Shown one piece after another: positions 28,623 through 38,255 of a DNA stretch of 64,000 nt. Under the pieces are notes generated by a model. The model worked only from the letters and a program-made list of their open reading frames with translations, made no database searches and was not told where the DNA came from. The translations under genes were made by a program, and so were the position numbers. The stretch comes from an uncultured Bacilli bacterium (lineage in GTDB: Bacteria; Bacillota_I; Bacilli_A; RF39; UBA660), in the NCBI GenBank assembly GCA_947626275.1, contig CANQRL010000006.1:11638-75637 (forward strand), given 5' to 3'. Every line of letters begins with the position of its first letter. Position 1 is the first letter of the stretch.

Positions 28623-29975
28623 ATGGAATTAGAAAGCATTTGGAACACCTTTTTGGAAAAAATAAAAAATCAATTAAATGAAATTTCCTATGAAACCTGG
28701 TTTTCCGAAACAACTTTATTTTCCTTGGATAATGGGGTAGCCAAAATATTAGTACCGTCGCATGTACATAAAAAGAACTTAAAGGAACACTACATTGATT
28801 TAATTGAAGAAAATTTTACAGAAGTAACCGGTACAAATTGGAAATACGAATTTTATATTGAAGAAGAATTAGAAAAATCAATTGTAGTCAATACCGATGA
28901 AATAGGGATTCCATCGAATACCTTTGAAAGTAATCTAGATAGTAAATATCGATTTGATAACTTTGTAATAGGGAATAGTAACAAGTTTGCAGCCACTTCC
29001 GCATTAGCGGTTGCAGAACAACCTGGAAATATGTATAATCCGCTATTTATCTATGGATCTAGTGGACTTGGAAAAACACACTTGATGCATGCGATTGGAA
29101 ATTATATTACAGAAAATAATAAAAAAATGAAAGTGTTATACATCCCATGTGATAAATTCGTATCTGATTTCGTAGAAATCTGCCGTAAAAGTGCGAATGA
29201 AAATAACATGGAATCTATTAAACAATTTAAAAATAAGTATCGGGAAATTGATGTCTTAATCATTGATGACATTCATAACTTAGTAGGGGCGACAAGTGCT
29301 CAACAAGAATTTTTCAACACTTTCAATGAATTATATAACAATAAAAAACAAATTATTATTTCTTCTGATAGATCACCAGAGGATATTAAGAAATTAGAAG
29401 AGCGTTTAAAAACAAGATTTAATTGGGGTCTCCAAATTGATATTCTTCCTCCAGAATTTGAACTTCGCATGAATATTATTAATAAGAAAATAGAAATGCA
29501 AGACTTAGAAAACAAATTTCCGGAAGAAGTTAAAGAATATATCGCTAGTAACTGCGTAGGGGACATTCGCAAGCTAGAAGGGGCTATTACTAGAGTTTAT
29601 GCCTATGCAACTATCATGAATGGTTCCGATATTACCTTAGATTTAGCAGTAGAAGCTTTAAAAGATTTCTTCGTTCAAACCATTGTTGCTAAAAATAAAA
29701 TTGATCAAGTTATTCAATTAGTAAGTGAAAACTATAATATTAGTGCAGAAGATTTAAAAAGTAAGAAAAAAACAAATAATATTGCGATTCCAAGACAAAT
29801 TGCCATGTATATCTGTCGCATTTATTTAGAAGAAAACCTCACAAAAATAGGAATTGAATTTGGTGGTAAAAACCATACAACGGTTATGCACGCTGTTGAT
29901 AAAATCAAAAAAGAAATTTTAAAAGATGAAGCTTTGAACAACGAAATTCAAAAAATTATCAACAGAATTCACTAA
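28623..29975 (+). CDS. dnaA: Chromosomal replication initiator
   Basis: YNPLFIYGSSGLGKTHL, IIDDI, RFNWGL, DIRKLEGA, GGKNHTTVMHA. Confidence 0.99.
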   Translation: MELESIWNTFLEKIKNQLNEISYETWFSETTLFSLDNGVAKILVPSHVHKKNLKEHYIDLIEENFTEVTGTNWKYEFYIEEELEKSIVVNTDEIGIPSNTFESNLDSKYRFDNFVIGNSNKFAATSALAVAEQPGNMYNPLFIYGSSGLGKTHLMHAIGNYITENNKKMKVLYIPCDKFVSDFVEICRKSANENNMESIKQFKNKYREIDVLIIDDIHNLVGATSAQQEFFNTFNELYNNKKQIIISSDRSPEDIKKLEERLKTRFNWGLQIDILPPEFELRMNIINKKIEMQDLENKFPEEVKEYIASNCVGDIRKLEGAITRVYAYATIMNGSDITLDLAVEALKDFFVQTIVAKNKIDQVIQLVSENYNISAEDLKSKKKTNNIAIPRQIAMYICRIYLEENLTKIGIEFGGKNHTTVMHAVDKIKKEILKDEALNNEIQKIINRIH

Positions 29976-30100
29976 ATAATGTGGATAAAGTGTTCATAAT
30001 TAAAAATTATGCACATCAAACTTTCCTTTATAAATAAAGAATAAAAAGAGTTTTGCACACAAATGCACATCTATAATAAAAATAATATTATGAAATAAGA
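29956..30100. other. oriC, downstream DnaA boxes and AT-rich unwinding region
   Basis: TTATCAACA 29956, TGTGGATAA 29980, TGTTCATAA 29991, TTATGCACA 30007, TTTTGCACA 30051, then an AT-rich tract before dnaN. Confidence 0.85.
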
Positions 30101-30111
30101 AAGAGGTACTT

Positions 30112-31233
30112 ATGAAACTAAAAATTAAACAAAAAATTTTAATGGAACATTTAAACTATGTTATTAAAGGAATATCTTCTAAAAATTTAATACCTATCTT
30201 AAACTGTATCAAGTTTGATTTAAAAACAGAAGGATTGTACTTGATGAGTACGGATAATGAAATTGCGATTAAAACATTTATTGATGCAAAGGATATCGAA
30301 GAAATAGAGGAAAAAGGGGATATTGTTGTATCTGGTAAATATATATATGAAATTATTAAGAAATTATCCAATGAAGTAATTAATTTAGAAGAAATTATGT
30401 CATCACAATTATTGATTACAACCGCTCAATCATCTTTTAAATTAAATTGTAATAATGCATCTGAATTTCCTAACTTAGATTTAGAGTTTAGTAAAACTCC
30501 AATCGTTATCAATCAACAATCTTTTAAAACGACGATTAATCAAACCATTTTTGCTACTTCTTCACAAGAATCTCGTCCTGTTTTAACTGGTATTAACTTT
30601 AAAATATCAGGAAACAAGATGGAATGTACGGCTACAGATTCTTATCGTTTAGCAAGAAAGGAAATTGAACTTGGGGTAGATGTTGAACAAGAAATAAACA
30701 TTATTGTTCCAGCTAAGAATTTATTAGAAGTGATTCGTTTATTAAATAGTGATGAAGATAATTTAGAACTCCATATCTTTAACAATAAAATAATTTTCAG
30801 TTTTGGATCTTTAATTATTATGTCACGATTAATTAATGGAAGTTACCCAGATACGAATAAATTGATTCCTGAAGAATTCTTAACTTGTATTAAGGTTAAT
30901 CTAAATAATTTTTATAATTCTATTGATAGAGCATCTCTTTTAACAAATGAAGAAGAAAAGAATATTATTAAATTAGAAAATAAAGGAGATTATTTATTAA
31001 TTTCTTCTAATATTCCAGAGATAGGAAATGTTGAAGAAAAAGTAGAATTGAAAGATAAGATAGAAGACAATGTAAAAATTGCTTTTAGTTCTAAATATAT
31101 GATGGATGCTATTAAAGTATTTGATAGTGAAGAAATTGAAATAAAATATAATGGAGAAATTAAACCAATTATCATAACGGATGGCGAAAATGATAATTTG
31201 CTTCAATTAATTTTACCAATTCGGACATATTGA
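30112..31233 (+). CDS. dnaN: DNA polymerase III beta clamp
   Basis: LMSTDNEIAI, SRPVLTG, ATDSYRL, SRLINGSYPD, LILPIR. Confidence 0.97.
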   Translation: MKLKIKQKILMEHLNYVIKGISSKNLIPILNCIKFDLKTEGLYLMSTDNEIAIKTFIDAKDIEEIEEKGDIVVSGKYIYEIIKKLSNEVINLEEIMSSQLLITTAQSSFKLNCNNASEFPNLDLEFSKTPIVINQQSFKTTINQTIFATSSQESRPVLTGINFKISGNKMECTATDSYRLARKEIELGVDVEQEINIIVPAKNLLEVIRLLNSDEDNLELHIFNNKIIFSFGSLIIMSRLINGSYPDTNKLIPEEFLTCIKVNLNNFYNSIDRASLLTNEEEKNIIKLENKGDYLLISSNIPEIGNVEEKVELKDKIEDNVKIAFSSKYMMDAIKVFDSEEIEIKYNGEIKPIIITDGENDNLLQLILPIRTY

Positions 31234-31255
31234 TCAAAATATGTCTTTTTTTTTG
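31222..31255 (+). terminator. Terminator of dnaA-dnaN
   Basis: GGACATAT-N8-ATATGTCT plus T run. Confidence 0.7.
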
Positions 31256-31260
31256 ATATC

Positions 31261-31287
31261 TCCGACAAAATTCATCAAATTTCGACT
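31261..31287. promoter_or_regulatory. Three Spo0A-box-like heptamers at 10-bp period upstream of comK
   Basis: TCCGACA 31261, TTCATCA 31271, TTCGACT 31281; each one mismatch from TTCGNCA (reverse of TGNCGAA). Confidence 0.35.
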
Positions 31288-31343
31288 AGGACAAGCTATA
31301 TAAGAGAATTATTCAATTTTTTGAATTAGGGGGAGGTGTTGTT

Positions 31344-31799
31344 GTGAAAGACGAATATGAAATTAATTCATCTACATTGGCTATTGTACCAATCGATTCT
31401 GAATGTTCAAAAATTTATGAAGAAGAAGCAGAATATATTGTACACAAGAATGTGCATAAAATCATTGATTATAATTGTAAGTTTTATGGTAGTAGCTATC
31501 GGGGAAGATGTGAGGGAACAAAGTATTTAACAGGAATTAAATCTAAATTTCCAATTATTATTGAAGAGAGTAGAAATATGATTTTTTTCCCAACAAATTC
31601 TAATCGCAATGCGGAAAATATTTGGATTAGTTTAGATAAAATAAAAACATATGAAAAAAATTATTATGGTACAACAATTGAATTTCACAATCATAAGAAA
31701 ATCCATATTCCAGCATCTTTTTATTCTATTGATAATCAATATTATCGTGCTAGTATGTTAAAGACGAAATTATATGATAGAAAATTTGCAAAAAAATAG
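31344..31799 (+). CDS. comK: ComK-family competence transcription factor
   Basis: YEINSSTLAI, IIDYNCKFYGSSYRGR..GT..LTG...K.PIII......FFPT, WIS; typical ComK layout. Confidence 0.85.
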   Translation: MKDEYEINSSTLAIVPIDSECSKIYEEEAEYIVHKNVHKIIDYNCKFYGSSYRGRCEGTKYLTGIKSKFPIIIEESRNMIFFPTNSNRNAENIWISLDKIKTYEKNYYGTTIEFHNHKKIHIPASFYSIDNQYYRASMLKTKLYDRKFAKK

Positions 31800-31824
31800 A
31801 CAAAAAGTCTATTTTTTCTTTTTT
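31793..31824 (+). terminator. Terminator after comK
   Basis: AAAAAATAGAC-AAAAA-GTCTATTTTTT. Confidence 0.75.
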
Positions 31825-31926
31825 ACGGACTAAATTTATGATATAATATCTTATGTGTATAGGAGTATTAGTTGAGGGTATTTTTTTCAAAATGAGCCAT
31901 TAAATGCAAAAAAAAGAGGTATTTCC

Positions 31927-33057
31927 ATGATTTTAAAAAAAATAGAATTGACAAATTTTCGTAATTATGAAAAATTATCGACTCGCTTCTATAAAGGAGT
32001 GAATATCATTTATGGAGATAATGCCCAAGGAAAAACAAATCTACTAGAAAGTATTTATGTTTTAGGTCTTACGAAATCCCATCGTTCTTTTATTGATAAT
32101 AACCTCATTCGGAAAGAAGCAGAATTTTTATCAATAAAAGGAATCGTGAGTAGGGGAGTCATTGATAACAAACTAGAGATAACCATTGATAATCATAATA
32201 AATATTTTAAAATAGACGATACATCTATTAAAAAGGTAAGTGATTATATATCTCAAATGAATATAATCATTTTTTATCCCGATGATTTGGAAATCTTGAA
32301 GGGATCTCCACAACTTAGAAGAAAATATTTAAATGTGGAATTATCTCAATTATATAATAGTTATTATATCGTTTCTAATGATTATCATAAACTTCTAAAA
32401 ATTCGAAATGATTATCTTAAGAAAATGTCTAAAGGACACAAAATAGATCAAAATTATTTTGATATTGTTACTTCTTATTTAATTGATAAAGCTATTATTC
32501 TTTATCAAATGCGGTATAAATATATTGAAAAAATTAATACCTACTGTGAATCTATTTATAAAGATATTATGGGAATAGATGGATTTCATATTAAATATGT
32601 ACCAAATGTCGAAATGGAAGATATCAAAGATTTGCAGTTAAAAGAAAAATTGATGAGTCAATTCGAAGAAAAATTAGAATATGATAAGAAATTATCGATG
32701 ACAACACTGGGTCCTCATAAGGATGATATAGAGTTTTTAGTTAATGATAAAAACTTAAAATTATATGGTTCTCAAGGTCAACAACGAATTGCTGTTTTGG
32801 CCTTAAAATTAGCGGAAATTCCTATTTTTAAGAAATATAAAGATACGACTCCTATTTTATTATTAGATGATGTTTTTAGTGAGCTATCCGATGATAAAAA
32901 GAATAATTTAATGAGGTATATCAGTAAAGATATTCAAACCATTATTACGACAACGGAACTTACGAATCTAGATTCTAAATTGGTAAAGCATTCAAAGTTA
33001 TTCAAAATAGAAAACGGAAAATTAATAAAAATCAAAGAGGTGAAAGAAAATGAATGA
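31927..33057 (+). CDS. recF: DNA replication/repair protein RecF
   Basis: [41 protein letters not shown]. Confidence 0.97.
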   Translation: MILKKIELTNFRNYEKLSTRFYKGVNIIYGDNAQGKTNLLESIYVLGLTKSHRSFIDNNLIRKEAEFLSIKGIVSRGVIDNKLEITIDNHNKYFKIDDTSIKKVSDYISQMNIIIFYPDDLEILKGSPQLRRKYLNVELSQLYNSYYIVSNDYHKLLKIRNDYLKKMSKGHKIDQNYFDIVTSYLIDKAIILYQMRYKYIEKINTYCESIYKDIMGIDGFHIKYVPNVEMEDIKDLQLKEKLMSQFEEKLEYDKKLSMTTLGPHKDDIEFLVNDKNLKLYGSQGQQRIAVLALKLAEIPIFKKYKDTTPILLLDDVFSELSDDKKNNLMRYISKDIQTIITTTELTNLDSKLVKHSKLFKIENGKLIKIKEVKENE

Positions 33058-34969
33058 ACATTATGATGCTTCGGATATTCAAGTCCTAGAAGGGTTAGAG
33101 GCAGTTCGAAAACGTCCTGGTATGTATATTGGTACGACTGATGTTAAAGGATTACACCATCTTGTATGGGAAATTGTCGATAACGCGATTGATGAGTCTT
33201 TAGCAGGTTATTGCCATAATATAGAGGTTATAATCAACAAAGGAAACTCTGTCACGGTTAAAGATGATGGACGTGGTATTCCCGTTGAAATCCACCCAAA
33301 AACAAAATTATCAACGGTTGAAACTGTTTATACGGTATTACATGCTGGTGGTAAATTTGGTGGTGGTGGATATAAAGTATCCGGTGGACTCCATGGAGTA
33401 GGTGCTTCTGTAGTTAATGCTCTATCTAAATGGGTAGAAGTAAAAGTATATAAAGATGGAAAAGTCCACTTTATTCGCTTTGAAAATGGTGGACATACTG
33501 TTGAACCTCTTCATGTGATAGATAACTGTGATCCTAATCGTACAGGAACAGTAGTAACCTTTAAACCAGATCCTGAAATTTTTGATACAGATGTCTATGA
33601 TTACAACACTTTAATGGTTCGTATTCGGGAATTAGCATTTTTAAATAGAGGCTTAAAGATAACAATTCGTGATGATAGAGATGATGAAGATACAACGGGA
33701 GAAACCTTTATTTATGAGGGTGGAATCTCTGAATATGTTAAATTTATTAATCAAGAAAAAACACCAATTCATGAAGATGTTATTCATTTACAAGGAGAAG
33801 AAGATAATGTCTTCTTTGAAGTAGCTATGCAATATAATACTGGCTACAATGACAATATTTATTCTTTTGTAAATAATATCAATACACATGATGGTGGAAC
33901 TCATGAAGAGGGTGTTAGAAGAGCGCTTACAAGAGTTATCAATAATTATGCGCGAAAAGCCGGTATTTTAAAGGACAAAGATGAGTCTTTAACAGGGGAT
34001 GATGTTAAGGAAGGTCTTACTATGATTATTTCTTGTAAGCATCCAAATCCTCAATTTGAAGGACAAACCAAAGGTCGTTTAGGAAACTCAGAAGTAAGAA
34101 AACTTGCTGATAATGTTTTTTCAGAAGGTTTTGAAAAATTCTTACTAGAAAATCCAGATGAAGCAAGAGCTATTGTTGAAAAATCAATGCTTGCTTGTAG
34201 AGCGCGTAATGCGGCTAAGAAAGCAAGAGAAATTACTCGTAAAAGTGATCTTGCAATGACGAATTTCTTTGGAAAATTATCAGATTGTAAGAGTAAAGAT
34301 CCAAAAGTATCAGAAATCTTTATTGTCGAGGGAGATTCAGCTGGTGGATCAGCTAAAAAGGGTAGAGATTCTATGACACAAGCAATCTTACCTCTACGTG
34401 GAAAAATTTTGAATGTGGAGAAGAATCGTTTAGATAGAGCTCTTGGAAATGAGGAAATTAGAACGATTATTACCGCATTTGGTACCGGAATAGGGGAAGA
34501 ATTTAATCTTTCAAAATTACGTTATGATAAGATTATTATCATGACCGATGCCGATGTCGATGGTTCACATATTCGTGTTCTTTTACTTACGTTATTTTAT
34601 CGGTTTTTTAGACCGATTGTAGAAGAGGGACATGTCTATGCTGCTCAGCCACCATTATTTAGAATTATGCATGGAAAAACTAGAAAATATGTCCTAAATG
34701 AAGAAGAAAAAGAAAAATATTTAATGAGTCTTCCTGAGAACGTACGTTCGCGTGCAGAAATTGCGCGAATGAAAGGTTTAGGAGAAATGGATGCAGAAGA
34801 ATTAAATGAAACAACAATGGATATTGAAAAACGTATTTTAAGAAAAATAACCGTGGAAGATTGTATGGCAGCAGATGCGGTATTCGCTAAATTAATGGGT
34901 GATGAAGTAGAACCAAGAAGAAAATTTATTGAAGAAAATGCTGGTTATGTACAAAATCTAGATATTTAG
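33050..34969 (+). CDS. gyrB: DNA gyrase subunit B
   Basis: [48 protein letters not shown]. Confidence 0.98.
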   Translation: MNEHYDASDIQVLEGLEAVRKRPGMYIGTTDVKGLHHLVWEIVDNAIDESLAGYCHNIEVIINKGNSVTVKDDGRGIPVEIHPKTKLSTVETVYTVLHAGGKFGGGGYKVSGGLHGVGASVVNALSKWVEVKVYKDGKVHFIRFENGGHTVEPLHVIDNCDPNRTGTVVTFKPDPEIFDTDVYDYNTLMVRIRELAFLNRGLKITIRDDRDDEDTTGETFIYEGGISEYVKFINQEKTPIHEDVIHLQGEEDNVFFEVAMQYNTGYNDNIYSFVNNINTHDGGTHEEGVRRALTRVINNYARKAGILKDKDESLTGDDVKEGLTMIISCKHPNPQFEGQTKGRLGNSEVRKLADNVFSEGFEKFLLENPDEARAIVEKSMLACRARNAAKKAREITRKSDLAMTNFFGKLSDCKSKDPKVSEIFIVEGDSAGGSAKKGRDSMTQAILPLRGKILNVEKNRLDRALGNEEIRTIITAFGTGIGEEFNLSKLRYDKIIIMTDADVDGSHIRVLLLTLFYRFFRPIVEEGHVYAAQPPLFRIMHGKTRKYVLNEEEKEKYLMSLPENVRSRAEIARMKGLGEMDAEELNETTMDIEKRILRKITVEDCMAADAVFAKLMGDEVEPRRKFIEENAGYVQNLDI

Positions 34970-34979
34970 GAGGTGAATC

Positions 34980-37577
34980 ATGGAAGAAAATGAAAATCAA
35001 GAATTAGAAGAAGAATTCGAAGGGGAAGAATCACAAACCGAAACAACAGATGAACAAGAAGGAGTCGCACTTGCGGAAAATTTTCATTTTAATGGTTATT
35101 TTCATGAGCGTGATCGCTTAGCGGAAAATAACATTGTTAATGAAGTAGAAACCTCTTTCCTAGAGTATTCCATGAGTGTTATAGCCTCTCGTGCTTTACC
35201 AGATTTAAGGGATGGTTTAAAACCAGTACATAGAAGAATCTTATGGTCTATGTATGAATCAGGATATACCCCTGATAAACCACATAGAAAATCAGCGACA
35301 ACTGTTGGATACGTTATGGGTCATTACCACCCACATGGTGACTCTTCTATCTATGAAGCAATGGTCCGCATGGCTCAAGATTTTAACCAACGATATCTAT
35401 TAGTCGATGGTCATGGAAACTTTGGTAACATTGAGGGAGACGGTGCAGCAGCCATGCGTTACACCGAATCTCGTCTATCTAAAATTTCTCTTGAATTATT
35501 AAGAGATATCAATAAAGATACCGTAGATTTTGATCCTAACTTTGATGAAACGGTAAAAGAACCAAAAGTATTGCCATCTAGATTTCCTAATATTTTAGTC
35601 AATGGAACAATGGGTATTGCTGTAGGTATGGCAACGAATATTCCTCCTCATAATTTAGGAGAAGTAATCGACGGATGTATTGCCTATATTGATAATCCAG
35701 ATATTGATACGATTGGGTTAATGCAATATATTAAGGGTCCAGATTTTCCAACAGGAGGTATTATCCTTGGAAATTCTGGTATTAGACAGGCTTATGAAAC
35801 TGGTAGGGGAACAATTACTATTCGTAGTAGGGCTTCTATTGAAGAAATTAATGGTCATAACTGTATTGTGGTAACAGAAGTTCCTTATGGAATTAATACG
35901 ATGGAGCTCAAAAATAAAGTAGCAGAGCTTGTTCATAATAAAATTATTGATGGTATTGCTGATTATCATACCGATTTAAAAGACGGTGTTAAAATAACTA
36001 TTACTCTTAAAAAAGAAGCAAATCCACAAGTTGTTTTAAACAATTTATATAAACACACGGCTTTTCAAGTTAATTATGGTATTATCTTCTTAATGCTAGA
36101 TGGTTTAACACCAAAAACCTTGCCATTAAAAACCATTATTTCAAAATATATTGATCATCAAAAAGAAGTTATTATCAGAAGAACTCGTTTTGATTTGAAA
36201 AAATCAGAAGCACGTGTTCATATCTTAGAAGGATATAAGATAGCTCTTGATAATATTGATGAAGTTATCAAAATTATTAGAGAATCTGAAACAGACGAAG
36301 TAGCACGCGATGCTTTAATGAGTCGCTTTGGTTTAACCGAGATTCAAGCTAATAGTATTCTAGAGTTACGTTTAAAGAGATTAACAGGTCTAGAACGCGC
36401 TAAAATTGAAGAAGAATTGAATTCTTTACTTCAATTAATTGAAGAATTAAAGAGTATTTTAGCTAGTGAACAAAAGGTTTTAGACATCATTAAAAATGAA
36501 ATGCTAGAAATTAAGAATAAATACTCTGATGAAAGAAAAACTTCTATTGATATGACAGCCATTGACTATATTGATGATGAATCTTTGATTCCGGTAGAGG
36601 ATATTATTGTTACTTTAACGAATAAAGGTTACATCAAGAGAATTACTAGTGATACGTATAAAACTCAAAATAGGGGTGGTGTAGGTATCAAAGGTATGAC
36701 GACAAATGAGGAAGATTTTGTTGAAAAATTAGTATCTGTTACGACCCATGATTATCTATTATTCTTCACAAATAAGGGAAGAGTATATCGCATGAAGGGT
36801 TATGAAGTACCATTATTTAATAGACAATCTAAAGGTCTTCCAATTATTAATCTTTTACCACTTGAAAAAGAAGAAGTTGTAAAATCACTATTGAAAGTAG
36901 AAGTAGAAGAATCTAATAAATATCTCGTATTCTGCACACGCAATGGTTTAATTAAGAGAACAAACATTAGTGAGTTCGATAATATACGAAATACGGGAAA
37001 GATAGCTATTTCTTTAAAAGATGACGACGAATTATTAGATGTTAAGAAAACCAATGGTGAAAATGAAATATTAATTGCAAGTTCTAATGGAAGAATGATT
37101 CGTTTTAAAGAATCAGAAGTTAGAATTATGGGTAGAACAGCTTCTGGTGTTCGTGGAATTGAAGTTGGCGATGGAAAAGCAGTTGGTATGGAAGTTGCTG
37201 AAGAAAATGAATCTGTTCTAGTTGTTACAGAAAATGGTTATGGTAAACAAACAAATATTGATGAATACCGTATGACTCATAGAGGTAGCAAAGGTGTAAA
37301 AGCACTTAATATTACAGAGAAAAATGGAAATATTGTTGATTTTAAACTAGTTCATGGTGATGAAGATCTAATGATTATGACAGATAGTGGAATTATTATT
37401 CGTTTACCAATTGAACAAATTAGTTCAACTGGTAGAGTTGCTCAAGGGGTTAAATTAATCAACCTAAAAGATAATCAGAAAGTAAGTACAGTAACACTCT
37501 TAGCAAAAAACGATGATGAATCTACTGAAACAGAAGAAAATCAAGAACAAAACCCAGTAGAAGAAAGTGATGAGTAG
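34980..37577 (+). CDS. gyrA: DNA gyrase subunit A
   Basis: [30 protein letters not shown], GyrA-box QNRGGVG; acidic N- and C-terminal tails. Confidence 0.98.
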   Translation: MEENENQELEEEFEGEESQTETTDEQEGVALAENFHFNGYFHERDRLAENNIVNEVETSFLEYSMSVIASRALPDLRDGLKPVHRRILWSMYESGYTPDKPHRKSATTVGYVMGHYHPHGDSSIYEAMVRMAQDFNQRYLLVDGHGNFGNIEGDGAAAMRYTESRLSKISLELLRDINKDTVDFDPNFDETVKEPKVLPSRFPNILVNGTMGIAVGMATNIPPHNLGEVIDGCIAYIDNPDIDTIGLMQYIKGPDFPTGGIILGNSGIRQAYETGRGTITIRSRASIEEINGHNCIVVTEVPYGINTMELKNKVAELVHNKIIDGIADYHTDLKDGVKITITLKKEANPQVVLNNLYKHTAFQVNYGIIFLMLDGLTPKTLPLKTIISKYIDHQKEVIIRRTRFDLKKSEARVHILEGYKIALDNIDEVIKIIRESETDEVARDALMSRFGLTEIQANSILELRLKRLTGLERAKIEEELNSLLQLIEELKSILASEQKVLDIIKNEMLEIKNKYSDERKTSIDMTAIDYIDDESLIPVEDIIVTLTNKGYIKRITSDTYKTQNRGGVGIKGMTTNEEDFVEKLVSVTTHDYLLFFTNKGRVYRMKGYEVPLFNRQSKGLPIINLLPLEKEEVVKSLLKVEVEESNKYLVFCTRNGLIKRTNISEFDNIRNTGKIAISLKDDDELLDVKKTNGENEILIASSNGRMIRFKESEVRIMGRTASGVRGIEVGDGKAVGMEVAEENESVLVVTENGYGKQTNIDEYRMTHRGSKGVKALNITEKNGNIVDFKLVHGDEDLMIMTDSGIIIRLPIEQISSTGRVAQGVKLINLKDNQKVSTVTLLAKNDDESTETEENQEQNPVEESDE

Positions 37578-37592
37578 TCACTTTCTTTTTTT
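37562..37592 (+). terminator. Terminator of recF-gyrB-gyrA
   Basis: AGAAAGTGA-N7-TCACTTTCT plus T run. Confidence 0.75.
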
Positions 37593-37607
37593 GTTTCACG
37601 TGAAACG
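37592..37607. promoter_or_regulatory. parS centromere site 1
   Basis: TGTTTCACGTGAAACG, 15/16 to the TGTTTCACGTGAAACA consensus. Confidence 0.85.
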
Positions 37608-37616
37608 AAAAATCTG

Positions 37617-37645
37617 TTGCATTTTTTAGAAAAATAAGTTATATT
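37617..37645 (+). promoter_or_regulatory. Sigma-A promoter of SRP RNA
   Basis: TTGCAT-17-TATATT. Confidence 0.6.
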
Positions 37646-37653
37646 ATGTACTA

Positions 37654-37724
37654 GCACAACACCCACACTCGAATCAGGTCAGGACCGGGAGGTAGCATCC
37701 TTAAGAGTCCCTGAGTGTGTGTGC
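37654..37724 (+). ncRNA. ffs: Small (4.5S-type) signal recognition particle RNA
   Basis: Core TCAGGTCAGGACCGGGAGGTAGCATCC resembles SRP domain IV (GNRA loop GGGA); closing stem CACACTC/GAGTGTG and GCACA/TGTGC followed by T7; lies next to tadA-dnaX like B. subtilis scr. Confidence 0.85.
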
Positions 37725-37732
37725 TTTTTTTA

Positions 37733-37748
37733 TGTTCCACGTGGAACA
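37733..37748. promoter_or_regulatory. parS centromere site 2
   Basis: TGTTCCACGTGGAACA, perfect palindrome. Confidence 0.9.
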
Positions 37749-37760
37749 CTAGGAGTTTTT

Positions 37761-38231
37761 ATGAGTAAATATATGGATATGGCTATTAAAGAAGCTAAAA
37801 AATCGTTGTTATTAGATGAAGTCCCTGTTGGGGCTGTTATTGTTTATCAAGATAGAATAATTGCTAAAGCTCATAACTTAAAAGAACATAGTAAAAATGC
37901 CATTGCGCATGCTGAAATATTAGCGATTCAAAAAGCGTGTAAAAAAATAGGAGATTGGCGTCTTAATGAGTGCACGATGTATGTAACTTTAGAACCTTGC
38001 CTTATGTGTGCAGGAGCTATGATTCAATGTCGTCTTGGCACCCTTGTCTATGCAGCAACCAATCATAAGTTTGGCTATGTAGAAAGTATTGATCAAATTT
38101 TAAACAATTCTAAAAATAATCATCGTGTAAAAATCATAAAAGAAGAAAATGAGGAATGTGTTGAATTACTGCAATCTTTCTTTCAAAATAAAAGAAAATC
38201 ACCTTTAAATTCTAATACAAAAAGTGTATAA
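37761..38231 (+). CDS. tadA: tRNA adenosine(34) deaminase
   Basis: EVPVGAV, AHAEI, TLEPCLMCAGA; start at 37761 (RBS AGGAG), not 37719. Confidence 0.93.
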   Translation: MSKYMDMAIKEAKKSLLLDEVPVGAVIVYQDRIIAKAHNLKEHSKNAIAHAEILAIQKACKKIGDWRLNECTMYVTLEPCLMCAGAMIQCRLGTLVYAATNHKFGYVESIDQILNNSKNNHRVKIIKEENEECVELLQSFFQNKRKSPLNSNTKSV

Positions 38232-38255
38232 TGAAATTAGTAGAGAAGGTGAAAA

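Noticed and set aside
30070-30092. DnaA-trio repeats in the unwinding region
   Set aside because: Only one clean CTA triplet followed by TAA runs; too degenerate to call.
31231-31233. Mollicute genetic code 4 (UGA=Trp)
   Set aside because: TGA ends dnaN and mfd at their expected lengths, and Trp is encoded by TGG.
31288-31309. Sigma-H promoter (AGGA...GAAT) upstream of comK
   Set aside because: The spacing is 14 bp, versus 17-18 expected.
31803-31815. ComK box AAAA-N5-TTTT
   Set aside because: A single box inside the terminator hairpin; such motifs are frequent in AT-rich DNA.
37719-37760. 5' extension of tadA given by the ORF track
   Set aside because: It runs through the SRP RNA terminator and parS; the RBS supports ATG 37761.
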